Source: a virus. Taken from it: 64,000 nt of DNA. Location: positions 8,867 to 72,866 of IMG/VR virus record IMGVR_UViG_2209111000_000009, one strand, 5' to 3'. Positions 1 through 8,416 of this stretch are shown here, piece by piece (the stretch's first letter is position 1; each line of letters starts with the position of its first letter). The notes below the pieces were generated by a model. The model was not told the DNA's origin. It was given only the letters and a program-made list of their open reading frames with translations, and ran no database searches. Both the position numbers and the translations under genes were made by a program.

Positions 1-2
1 TC

Positions 3-932
3 ATGAGGGCTTTAGACCTGTTTGCCGGGGCTGGCGGTTTCACCCAAGGCATGAAACAAGCAGGGGTGGTGACAGTAGGAGCGGTTGATTCTAACGGTAG
101 TGCTGTAGACACTTACAATCGCAATCATGCAGGGACTCTTAAAGACCGTTACTACTGCACGCATTCTGATATTAAGGAGATTTTTACACTGGGTCATCAC
201 CCAGGTGGCATAGATCTAGTATATGGGAGTCCGCCTTGCCAAGGTTTTTCTACTCAAGGCAAGCGCGACCCTAATGACCATCGGAATGACCTTTGTTGGG
301 AGTTCGCCCGTGTGGTAAACCTAGTTCGTCCTAAATACTTCGTGATGGAAAACGTGGAGGGGGTTAGCAAGGTTATCCCTTCACTTAAGGCTATTTATAA
401 GGAGTACGGGTATGATGTGCTGGAGCCTTGGGTGCTTAATGCTTACGACTACGGTGTGCCGCAAAACCGTCGCCGCTTGTTTTTGGTGGGTCACTTGGAG
501 GGTACTCTTACACCGTCTAAACCCTCGCCAGTACCGCACACTGAGAAAGTCACAGCAGGCGAAGCGCTAGCTAAGCTAACAAGTTCTTGGGATGCAGACA
601 CTTGGACAAAAGAGCTAGCACTCCACACCCCCGAGGTTGAGCGGCGCTTTGACCTATGCCCGCCCGGAACCAAAGAGCCGATATCCCGGTTTATGAGGGT
701 GGCTTACGGTAGCCCCGCTCCAACAGTCTTGGCGGCTAGCAGGCTTATACACCCTATAAAGTCTCGTATACTTACCCCCCGCGAAGTGGCTTGCCTCCAA
801 AGCTTTCCTGACGATTACTACTGGCCCACATCAAAAGTCCAAGCTTACCTGCAAATTGGGAATGCAGTACCTCCACTACTTGGCGAAGCCGTAGGTAAAG
901 CAATTATGCAATGTATAACTCACGAGGTATAA
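3..932 (+). CDS. C5-cytosine DNA methyltransferase (orphan)
   Basis: Ordered C5-MTase motifs: DLFAGAGG (I), GSPPCQGFS (IV), MENV (VI), PQNRRR (VIII), REVACLQSFPD (IX), IGNAVPP (X). Confidence 0.95.
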   Translation: MRALDLFAGAGGFTQGMKQAGVVTVGAVDSNGSAVDTYNRNHAGTLKDRYYCTHSDIKEIFTLGHHPGGIDLVYGSPPCQGFSTQGKRDPNDHRNDLCWEFARVVNLVRPKYFVMENVEGVSKVIPSLKAIYKEYGYDVLEPWVLNAYDYGVPQNRRRLFLVGHLEGTLTPSKPSPVPHTEKVTAGEALAKLTSSWDADTWTKELALHTPEVERRFDLCPPGTKEPISRFMRVAYGSPAPTVLAASRLIHPIKSRILTPREVACLQSFPDDYYWPTSKVQAYLQIGNAVPPLLGEAVGKAIMQCITHEV

Positions 933-933
933 A

Positions 934-1185
934 ATGGCAACAACAAATGGCAACAATGACCGCTGGCTTGACCCTGAAAGCTTAGAGGAAATTGAACTTA
1001 CTTATCAACGTCTCAGGGCGGGTGACACTGAGGGTGTGGTTACAGAGATGGAGGAGTCTATAGGTAGGGTTTATGACCACCTAGAGGCGCAAAACCCCGG
1101 CTATGAGCGCCCAAACACTGCTAAGGTTGATTTAGACGCGGCTGACCACCCAAACAGCGTAGAGCTAGAAGGACATGATAGTTAA
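934..1185 (+). CDS. hypothetical acidic protein (83 aa)
   Basis: ORF starts 1 nt after the MTase stop, with GAGG upstream. Confidence 0.6.
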   Translation: MATTNGNNDRWLDPESLEEIELTYQRLRAGDTEGVVTEMEESIGRVYDHLEAQNPGYERPNTAKVDLDAADHPNSVELEGHDS

Positions 1186-1253
1186 CAATGATTTAGAACC
1201 TTTTGGTCAATGGTCACACCAGCCCTACCCTGTAATACCGCACAACACTGATT

Positions 1254-1817
1254 ATGGACAACTACGATACTCCCGATTATATTGCGCAAAAGATGGCAAA
1301 GCTAGCCTATGGTCGGTGTTGCGAACCAGCAGCCGGATTAGGAGCGATCGCAAACCATCTCCCGTCTTTTACGACTTGTATTGAAATAGACCCAGAGAGG
1401 TTTGAAAGGGGGAGGTTGTCTAGCCCGCATTCTATTTATTGGCACCTTTTTGACTTCTTAGACCGTGAAAAGTGTAATTCCCGTTTTGATACAATAATCA
1501 CTAACCCACCCTTTAGCCAGTTGTTACCATATATCCGCAGGGGTCTTGAGGTAGTTAACGAAGGTGGCCAGCTAGTTTATCTAATGCCCCTTAGCTGGAT
1601 GGGGGCGCAAGGTCGGGCGGCAGAGTGGCAAGCAATGGACGCCCATATTTCCCGAGTGCTTGTTATCCCTGGTCGGGTGGACTACCTAACTGACGGGGTG
1701 CCTATGTCACAGCAAGTACGCGCCAAAGATGGCAAGAAAATGGGAGGGAGGCGTGAGACTGATGCCGTCTTCATCATCAAACCGGGCGCTGGTCCTAAGT
1801 TTCATGACTACATCTAG
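1254..1817 (+). CDS. amino-type (likely N6-adenine) DNA methyltransferase
   Basis: DNYDTP start, EPAAGLG SAM-binding motif, IEID, catalytic TNPPF. Confidence 0.85.
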   Translation: MDNYDTPDYIAQKMAKLAYGRCCEPAAGLGAIANHLPSFTTCIEIDPERFERGRLSSPHSIYWHLFDFLDREKCNSRFDTIITNPPFSQLLPYIRRGLEVVNEGGQLVYLMPLSWMGAQGRAAEWQAMDAHISRVLVIPGRVDYLTDGVPMSQQVRAKDGKKMGGRRETDAVFIIKPGAGPKFHDYI

Positions 1818-1825
1818 GGGGCTAA

Positions 1826-1930
1826 ATGCTGTTTATCACTGGATTACTATTTCTGGCAATTATCGTTTACATTGTGCTATTGTTAGTAGGGTTCATTCTT
1901 TTCATCATAGAGGTGTCAAACCATGGTTAA
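1826..1930 (+). CDS. small single-pass membrane protein (34 aa), not in ORF track
   Basis: Hand translation MLFITGLLFLAIIVYIVLLLVGFILFIIEVSNHG; GGGG upstream. Confidence 0.6.
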   Translation: MLFITGLLFLAIIVYIVLLLVGFILFIIEVSNHG

Positions 1931-2033
1931 CGCGCTAATTCTTGGTTTTTGCTTAGCGGCTATCTTTTGCGGAGCAATGCTCACTTTTTACGGTTTCTTA
2001 GCGTTCTTAAAAGAGGTATTTGGTGATGATTGA
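1923..2033 (+). CDS. small single-pass membrane protein (36 aa), not in ORF track
   Basis: MVNALILGFCLAAIFCGAMLTFYGFLAFLKEVFGDD; GAGGT RBS; overlaps the previous stop. Confidence 0.6.
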   Translation: MVNALILGFCLAAIFCGAMLTFYGFLAFLKEVFGDD

Positions 2034-2109
2034 AGTGTACATCTTGTTAGGGTTAATAGCTGTGGTGCTGATTCTGAGCGCCAGTGAACCTCCTACACCA
2101 GGGTTTTGA
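2026..2109 (+). CDS. small single-pass membrane protein (27 aa), not in ORF track
   Basis: MIEVYILLGLIAVVLILSASEPPTPGF; GAGGT RBS; overlaps the previous stop. Confidence 0.55.
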   Translation: MIEVYILLGLIAVVLILSASEPPTPGF

Positions 2110-2110
2110 C

Positions 2111-2374
2111 ATGAGAGTCTATCACATTGCCCATGAAAGCGCGCACCAGAAAGCAACGGCGCTAGCATCACTAAAAAGCTTAATCCGTTGCTTAGAGATA
2201 GATTTAGAGCTACCTGTTGAGTGTAGCCCCGTCCAAAGGGTTAACGGGGCTAACTGGGAATCGGTTATAGGTCACACTCGTACCGTAGTTTCGGCATTAG
2301 TGCGGGTTCACGGGGGCAAACAGCCTGAGCTTAATTTGCCTTTCTTGACTTGGTGGGACACTACCACCTGTTAA
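2111..2374 (+). CDS. hypothetical protein (87 aa)
   Basis: ATG at 2111, directly after the preceding stop, is preferred over the GTG at 2084. Confidence 0.6.
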   Translation: MRVYHIAHESAHQKATALASLKSLIRCLEIDLELPVECSPVQRVNGANWESVIGHTRTVVSALVRVHGGKQPELNLPFLTWWDTTTC

Positions 2375-2378
2375 GGTT

Positions 2379-2408
2379 TAAGACCCGCCAAGTATCTAGC
2401 GGGTCTTA
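2379..2408. terminator. hairpin between convergent operons
   Basis: TAAGACCCGC / GCGGGTCTTA 10-bp stem. Confidence 0.6.
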
Positions 2409-2411
2409 ATT

Positions 2412-2873
2412 TTAGATATTGATATTTCGTTGTAAACCAGTCTGTGAGGCTCTACGAGGCGAAACCCTTCCGCTTCGTTTAGCTCTTTTTACATTGGATT
2501 TACCGCTTATCGCCCTTTCATCAGCAGCGTTCTGATTTCTAATTTTTCTTTGTGCTGCTTTCTGTGCGCCTGATCTAGTAGTTGCATCACCGCCCTTGGG
2601 AGCTTGACCTAGTTTCCTAGCTCGTCTTGCTATTGACTTTTCTGTCGCCGCCACCTCAGAGCCACTTCTACGACCTGAATTGACCACCGCTCTTGTCCCC
2701 GCACTTTTTGCGGTATTAATAAGAGCTACCGAAGGTTTTTGACCTACCTGAGTACGGCTATTCATTCTCGTATTGACAGCCTGATCCACATTGCCAAACT
2801 TGTCTCTAAGTTGTTGGCCCCTAGAGGTGCCTCCACCCTTACCGCTGCCTGTACCGCCACTGCCTTTAGCCAT
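2412..2873 (-). CDS. basic protein with MAKGSGGTG tag (copy 4, 153 aa)
   Basis: Starts MAKGSGGTGSGKGGG; very K/R-rich; GGAGG RBS. Confidence 0.8.
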   Translation of the reverse strand: MAKGSGGTGSGKGGGTSRGQQLRDKFGNVDQAVNTRMNSRTQVGQKPSVALINTAKSAGTRAVVNSGRRSGSEVAATEKSIARRARKLGQAPKGGDATTRSGAQKAAQRKIRNQNAADERAISGKSNVKRAKRSGRVSPRRASQTGLQRNINI

Positions 2874-2894
2874 AAGTCCTCCTAAATTTACTAA

Positions 2895-3167
2895 TTACCG
2901 CAACCCCTTAACCTTTTTCTGTAAGTCAGAGCCGGGGGTGAGGGTTACTTGAGTCTCGCCTATTTGGATCTTGTTGGGCAAGAAACTCTCTTTCCACCTG
3001 CTAGCTTTTAACTCATCAGCTATAAGCCTAGCTTGTTTATCAATGTCCCCGGACTTCACAGCACTAGCAAAGTTGGCACTCCGCTGTTTTGTTTCCTCTG
3101 CACGGTTAGGTCTTTTTGTGCTTGCTCCGCCCTTTCCTTTGCCCGTCCCTCCGCTACCTTTTGCCAT
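2895..3167 (-). CDS. basic protein with MAKGSGGTG tag (copy 3, 90 aa)
   Basis: Starts MAKGSGGTGKGKGGA. Confidence 0.8.
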   Translation of the reverse strand: MAKGSGGTGKGKGGASTKRPNRAEETKQRSANFASAVKSGDIDKQARLIADELKASRWKESFLPNKIQIGETQVTLTPGSDLQKKVKGLR

Positions 3168-3173
3168 ATTGTT

Positions 3174-3473
3174 CTAAATGTCTGCAATTTTGCTTAATAT
3201 GCCATCACGCCGCTTATTTAAAGCCCTTTCCCGAGCGTTTACACTCCTCATTTGTCCTTGTAACCGCTTAACCCCCTCAGTGTCTCCACTAGATCGAGCT
3301 TGGTCAATTTTCGAGGTAAAAGCTTTTTGCTCCTTATTGACCTTCTGTAGCTGGTTGCTAGCCGTTTTATAAGCCCTCTGTCCGCGCTCTAAAGCGGGGG
3401 TACGGGTTTTAGTACGCTTACCATCTCCGCCACCGCTTTTTCCTGCACCCGTACCACCGCTGCCTTTAGCCAT
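3174..3473 (-). CDS. basic coiled-coil-like protein with MAKGSGGTG tag (copy 2, 99 aa)
   Basis: Starts MAKGSGGTGAGKSGG. Confidence 0.8.
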   Translation of the reverse strand: MAKGSGGTGAGKSGGGDGKRTKTRTPALERGQRAYKTASNQLQKVNKEQKAFTSKIDQARSSGDTEGVKRLQGQMRSVNARERALNKRRDGILSKIADI

Positions 3474-3479
3474 ATCTTA

Positions 3480-3947
3480 TTAATACCCTTTATAAGTGGT
3501 CTGACCTTTTCTATCAAAGCGAATCACACCACTTTTAGACCGTTTTGCTTTCCCAACTACTTCCCGTGCAGCTTTGTTACCTAAACGGTTAGGATTTGTT
3601 CTGGCTTTTTTAGCTCTGTTTGTTTGTGATCCTGGGGTGGAGTCTTTAACAGGCTTAGAGCCTATATTTACTTTAGGTTTTTTCGGGTTGAAGTAGTTAT
3701 CCATAAACTCCTGTCGCCCCTTTTTACCCATCTTTTTTCGTACCTTGTCATTATACCTAGTTACAGAGTTTAACCAAGTAGTAGCATTTTCCTCGGGTCT
3801 ACCTTTTTCCTCTAAATTTCTCCTACCTCTGTCACTCCGAATAGAGGAATCACCATATTTTGCACGGAGTTCAGCACCCCTTGATACGGTAGATTTACCC
3901 CCCGCCCCGCTTTTGCCCCTCCCTGTACCCCCACTGCCTTTAGCCAT
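3480..3947 (-). CDS. basic protein with MAKGSGGTG tag (copy 1, 155 aa)
   Basis: Internal Met at 3947 gives MAKGSGGTGRGKSGA; start overlaps the stop of the upstream gene. Confidence 0.8.
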   Translation of the reverse strand: MAKGSGGTGRGKSGAGGKSTVSRGAELRAKYGDSSIRSDRGRRNLEEKGRPEENATTWLNSVTRYNDKVRKKMGKKGRQEFMDNYFNPKKPKVNIGSKPVKDSTPGSQTNRAKKARTNPNRLGNKAAREVVGKAKRSKSGVIRFDRKGQTTYKGY

Positions 3948-4653
3948 AGATAACACCCCGCGAACGTTGGTCTTCACTTGCTAACCATTGCCAGCCGCGC
4001 TCTTTGCAAAGCGCCCAAATCTTGCGCTCACCCCCGTAAACCAGGAAGAAGATATTATCGGTTCCGGCGTGTTCAACAGCCAGTGCGTGTTCACGTTCCA
4101 AAGATTCAATCCGAGTCGGGTAGCCACGGGTAGCATATGATCGCCATCCTTTGGGGACACCCATTAGGCTCAAAGGGTAGAACTCAGTAGGCACGTTTAA
4201 ATCAACAATCACCTTGTAGCCGAGTTGTTGCCAGTACCGAGCAAGCCAGCGCTTCTTGTAGGTACTCCACACCACCCAAGACAGAGGACTGTCTAACGAC
4301 AAGGTATAGTTAGGCTCTACGAACGCAGAGCATTGGGTTTTAGTAACTTTGTTAGGGTTGACCCACAAGCTAGGATCAAAGCGCGTATCATCCACGTAGA
4401 AGTGCAAAATGCCTTCCATACGGCTTAGCGCAGTCTTACCGTAAGGTAGGCAAGGGATAATCAATTCCTCTTGCTGGTGCGTAAGCAGTAAGTCCGGAAT
4501 ACCGAGAATATTGGAGGAAGGGAAAACGATGTCACCAGATACCTTTTGCGGTGCCTTGGCTTCATCCTTAACGAGAGCGATGCTAGCCGCAGGGGTGCTA
4601 AAGCACTTTTCTAACTCACTTAAAATTTGTAGTCCTAAAGTTTGTGTTACCAA
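3940..4653 (-). CDS. DUF4417-like protein
   Basis: HFYVDDxRF, FVEPNYTL, WSTYKKRWLARYWQQLGYKVI, GVPKG and YGG match my recollection of the DUF4417 consensus. Confidence 0.75.
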   Translation of the reverse strand: MVTQTLGLQILSELEKCFSTPAASIALVKDEAKAPQKVSGDIVFPSSNILGIPDLLLTHQQEELIIPCLPYGKTALSRMEGILHFYVDDTRFDPSLWVNPNKVTKTQCSAFVEPNYTLSLDSPLSWVVWSTYKKRWLARYWQQLGYKVIVDLNVPTEFYPLSLMGVPKGWRSYATRGYPTRIESLEREHALAVEHAGTDNIFFLVYGGERKIWALCKERGWQWLASEDQRSRGVIYG

Positions 4654-4681
4654 AGTTAAAACTCCTGAACGCTTACAATAT

Positions 4682-4690
4682 AGTATACCC
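4682..4690 (-). promoter_or_regulatory. putative late promoter (GGGTATACT) for the DUF4417 operon
   Basis: Same GGGTAT box as at 21451, 27806, 44183 and 52003. Confidence 0.45.
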
Positions 4691-4732
4691 TGGGCGGGTA
4701 CTTTAGGTTAAGCACTCTCACAAAACCTCACA

Positions 4733-6754
4733 ATGGATACTATACAGCTAGGAAATATTGAAACTCTTTACCCCTTAGTATACGGTGATGACCCGGAGGG
4801 GTTTGTCATAACCAGACCCGAACTCTACGACCCTGATAATGGTCAGCGAGTTGAGGAAGTACCAGCTACCATGTACGAAACACGGTTTTTGGTTCCGGTT
4901 ATTGACTTTCCTGTTGTTAAAACATTAATTCAGACAGCGTTTAGGGTATTTGAGGAGACTAATGAAGTAACCCAAACGCTTGTTGTAGTAACTACTGACG
5001 AGAGTTCCCCCTCCGAGTCTGGTAACTACCTGGTTTTTTGGGTGTCTGAGGTTCATGAGAGACTAGGGGACAAGGTATTAGTTACTCTAAAAGGATACGG
5101 GGAGCCAGATAGTCAGACTATTGCCCCAGGGCAGACCTTTACAGTAACAGAAGGAGCGACAACAGGTACGATATTGGGTACGGTTAGGGGGGCTAAGCCG
5201 GGTTTAACTTTGCAAAGCCGCCCGGACATCCCTTTCGCCTATGATTCAGCAAGCGGTGTGCTGTCAGTAGCGGGCAAGCTAGACTTTGAGACTACAGACG
5301 AATGGACGCTAACAATTGGTGGGCAAGATGTAACTGTGTGGGTACTAGATACCCTTGAAGACCCCCTACCAGTACAGTCAACCTATACGTTTTACTTAGA
5401 ACCAGACACTAAACCCGGCACAGTGGTGGGTACGATCGAGGTTGAGAAACAAGGTGATACTGGTAAAGCCCCCGTTTACGCAATAGCTAGCGGTAATACA
5501 GGGGGTTGGGCGATCGACAGCACCAAAGGGGATATCACTTACTTAGGGAGTCAGCCCTTAGTTGACGGGCAGATTTTGGGGATAGTCTATGGGGGTACTG
5601 ACCCACTCACAGTGACTCTTAGGGTAATGCCTGCTAGTGAGATTGTGCTTCCCATAGTCCGTTTCAACCTACCCGCTACCCTTTCCGATGGTATGCTAGT
5701 AGGTTTGGTTGGGGCTGAGGGGGTGCAAGCTTCTATAACAGACCCTGCTTATAGTATTACTGATAACAAGCTGTATGTAGCTGACAAGAGGCAAGCAGTA
5801 CCAGGTCTTACCGAGCTTACGCTAGACCTTAAAGGGCAAGGTAGGCAAGGCACCCAGCAAGTTTACGTTACCGTAGCTGAAACACCTACAATAAATGAAT
5901 TTTGGTTGGCAGAGGATACCGAGAATGGTGGAGGAGTTGGGCAAGTTGAGCTACCAAGCACAGGTGCTTATGCTCTAACACCTACTACTGTGTTTGGTAT
6001 TAATTCAGGTACGGGTGAAATACTGGTCACTAACTCTAGCGCCCTTAGAGTTGGTAACTACTTACTGACCATCACAAAGGGTACTGAGTCCATCACAGCA
6101 ACGGTCAAGGTCTATGCAGTCATTACCTCTAACACGCTAGAACTGACAGCCCCTCCCGCCACGCTGATTGGGACAACCTTGGGTACTGTGCAAGGGTTAG
6201 CACCTTTCACTACCACGGCGATCGCGCCTTACAGCCTAAACAGCACGACGGGGGCGATAACCCTCGCAGCTACCCCTCCAGCCGCTTTAAGCTTCACGGT
6301 AACGGATGCAGCGGGTGATACAACCCAAGTGACTATAAGCCTTGAGGAAGCGCCAGACACGGGTGATGCAGGCTTTATCGGAGCAGTGTACCCCGGTTTT
6401 AATGGTCAGGCAGTAGCTACCCGTGCGGGTGTAGTGTTCTCCGTAGGCTCGATAGGATTCGGTCAAGGGAGCTTAAACACTGATCCGGATAACCTCGGTA
6501 GCGTAGCTCGCAATACCGAGGGGGTGGTAGTGGCGTCCAAAATGCCAGGTCTTCAGCACGGCGTTAGCGGGCGGGCTACAAAGGAGATGTACCTTGCCCT
6601 TAAAGCGCTTTGGCTCCTACCGTTAGAAACCCCCATCACTGTCTCTACGGCAGCAACGGGGGAGGATTATATATGCACTTTAGTAAACTTCAAACGAGTA
6701 ATAGACCCTGAAGGCATCAGCGTTAGCTTAGAGCTGAGGTCTATGGGGCTTTAA
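4733..6754 (+). CDS. virion/tail-associated protein with cadherin-like beta-sandwich repeats
   Basis: TFTVTEGATTGTILGTV, LDFET and YTFYLEPDTKPGTVVGTI repeats; T/G/V-rich. Confidence 0.6.
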   Translation: MDTIQLGNIETLYPLVYGDDPEGFVITRPELYDPDNGQRVEEVPATMYETRFLVPVIDFPVVKTLIQTAFRVFEETNEVTQTLVVVTTDESSPSESGNYLVFWVSEVHERLGDKVLVTLKGYGEPDSQTIAPGQTFTVTEGATTGTILGTVRGAKPGLTLQSRPDIPFAYDSASGVLSVAGKLDFETTDEWTLTIGGQDVTVWVLDTLEDPLPVQSTYTFYLEPDTKPGTVVGTIEVEKQGDTGKAPVYAIASGNTGGWAIDSTKGDITYLGSQPLVDGQILGIVYGGTDPLTVTLRVMPASEIVLPIVRFNLPATLSDGMLVGLVGAEGVQASITDPAYSITDNKLYVADKRQAVPGLTELTLDLKGQGRQGTQQVYVTVAETPTINEFWLAEDTENGGGVGQVELPSTGAYALTPTTVFGINSGTGEILVTNSSALRVGNYLLTITKGTESITATVKVYAVITSNTLELTAPPATLIGTTLGTVQGLAPFTTTAIAPYSLNSTTGAITLAATPPAALSFTVTDAAGDTTQVTISLEEAPDTGDAGFIGAVYPGFNGQAVATRAGVVFSVGSIGFGQGSLNTDPDNLGSVARNTEGVVVASKMPGLQHGVSGRATKEMYLALKALWLLPLETPITVSTAATGEDYICTLVNFKRVIDPEGISVSLELRSMGL

Positions 6755-7873
6755 GCTTGATTGTTTAGCGAGGAAATAAAATTCCTTACCACCTAGGCAA
6801 ATTTCGATTCTACAACTGTCTTCACCTACTATTCCTACTACCTCACCTTTGTCACCGGAATGAAACCAAACAGAAGGTTCTATTTTGATATTTGGCTCAC
6901 CCTGATTTAACGTAACTTTCTCGTTCATACGGGCTTGGTAAGTATCTCTCTCTATATCCCAAGTGTCAACCGTGTAAAGCACCCAAATACCATCAGATTC
7001 GGATTTTATCCTCACCTTAGCTAGTGATAGCTGCTCAATTATTATTGCCTTACTACCAGGGCTGACACGCGCAAAGCCCCCATTATGATATGTTTTAGCC
7101 CCCTGTTTCAGTCGAACTTTCTCACTTGGTTTGAAGCTAGTAGCGCTAGGAGGAGCGTCGGCAAGGTCGCACACTAGGTACAAGCCGTGCAAAGCGTCGA
7201 TCACACAGTCTGGCTCGTAGAAACCCCGCTGCTTAAGGTCTTGGAGGACTAAAGCGTGATAGAGAGGCTTAGTAGGGTTATCCCACATATCTTCGGTTAT
7301 CTTGTGCTGCAAACCCGTCTTGCTTTCGTAAACATACTGGCACCCCTCAGGGTCAAACACCAAGTCACGCTCTGGTCGGCGGCGCATCCTCGCAATAGCA
7401 GGCTTAATATAATTTAGCATTTCACGTTTACTAGGGTAATCGTGGTGATACCCCAGTCTTTCACAAAGATGTTTTAGGGATGCTAAAGAGTAGTTACTTA
7501 ATTTTGACCAACTGAGTCCTAAAACCTTGTCAAGGCTAGGCAACGGCTCGGAGGGTGGGTATTTTTGGCGAGCAATTCCCAGCGCTTGATGATGAAAGGT
7601 GTAAAGGTCTGCTATATCTTCGCTGGTTACAGTTTGACCCCAGTAGTGCATTAACCCAACTAATGTACACAGGGGGTAGTTTAAACCACTGACTAAACCC
7701 TGTGCAATCTTCTCAGCTTCTTTGTCATTACACGTAAAGTCATGTCTGTAAGCAAAACGATTTAACGTATCAATCAGCGGCGCTTTGCGAGTGGTAGTAC
7801 CTACCCATTCAACCCCCCAAGAGTTAAGGATAGCTACGAGTTGTGGTATGGTTAGCTTGTTTAAGGCGGTCAT
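6728..7873 (-). CDS. protein with two HeH/SAP-like motifs and C-terminal KOW/SH3-like repeats
   Basis: LNKLTIPQLVAILNSWGV..RKAPLI and LSNYSLASLKHLCERLG..SKREML; PGSKAIIIEQ and SGDKGEVVGI. Confidence 0.55.
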   Translation of the reverse strand: MTALNKLTIPQLVAILNSWGVEWVGTTTRKAPLIDTLNRFAYRHDFTCNDKEAEKIAQGLVSGLNYPLCTLVGLMHYWGQTVTSEDIADLYTFHHQALGIARQKYPPSEPLPSLDKVLGLSWSKLSNYSLASLKHLCERLGYHHDYPSKREMLNYIKPAIARMRRRPERDLVFDPEGCQYVYESKTGLQHKITEDMWDNPTKPLYHALVLQDLKQRGFYEPDCVIDALHGLYLVCDLADAPPSATSFKPSEKVRLKQGAKTYHNGGFARVSPGSKAIIIEQLSLAKVRIKSESDGIWVLYTVDTWDIERDTYQARMNEKVTLNQGEPNIKIEPSVWFHSGDKGEVVGIVGEDSCRIEICLGGKEFYFLAKQSSLKPHRPQL

Positions 7874-7898
7874 AAGTTTTAGGTGTGTTGACTTGATG

Positions 7899-8000
7899 AC
7901 CTAATACTACCCGCCCTTGCCAAAGGTTGTCTAGTAGTGTTACCCGTACTCGCGAGGTTCGGTTTCTACTACCTACCCCTTAGCAAGGCGGGTTAGTATT
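7899..8000. promoter_or_regulatory. divergent pair of degenerate early-promoter elements
   Basis: Two inverted, degenerate copies of the 45-bp element, each with GTWCGGT..ACTAC and a TAGTAT box. Confidence 0.5.
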
Positions 8001-8023
8001 AAATAGTTGGTATCGGAGATATT

Positions 8024-8212
8024 ATGAGTACACTAGAACTAATAAAAGCACAAGAATTGATGCACCGTATTATTTACGGTAGCCTAGGGTTTAACTTAAA
8101 AGCTGCTGTCCTTGTGAGAAAGGCTACCACCTTGTTTAACTCTTATAGTGAGGGTACATGGAGCGATCGAGCTTACCGCGCTATCTGGCACGCTTGCCCG
8201 GAGAGAATATAA
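8024..8212 (+). CDS. hypothetical protein (62 aa)
   Basis: GGAG RBS; follows the promoter element. Confidence 0.55.
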   Translation: MSTLELIKAQELMHRIIYGSLGFNLKAAVLVRKATTLFNSYSEGTWSDRAYRAIWHACPERI

Positions 8213-8415
8213 TGCTAGATATATACCCGCGCACAGGTTTTGTAACGTTAAGTGATTATTATCCTTATCAACACCACGGGGTTTTAGAAATGTTGATTGG
8301 GTTGGATTGTCCTTTTATCTTCACATTTCATGACTACGGGCGTTATATCCCCCGTTGCTTCAGAGTCTACGTTCCTGTTGATTATATCGTTGTATTAAGG
8401 CTACTAAGTCCCTAA
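8212..8415 (+). CDS. hypothetical protein (67 aa)
   Basis: TAATG overlap with the previous gene gives the start at 8212. Confidence 0.55.
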   Translation: MLDIYPRTGFVTLSDYYPYQHHGVLEMLIGLDCPFIFTFHDYGRYIPRCFRVYVPVDYIVVLRLLSP

Positions 8416-8416
8416 T

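Noticed and set aside
3940-4653. DUF4417-like gene as part of a 7-deazaguanine or other base-modification pathway
   Set aside because: No folE, queC, queD, queE, purZ or glycosyltransferase genes were recognised; its only neighbours are the tagged basic proteins.
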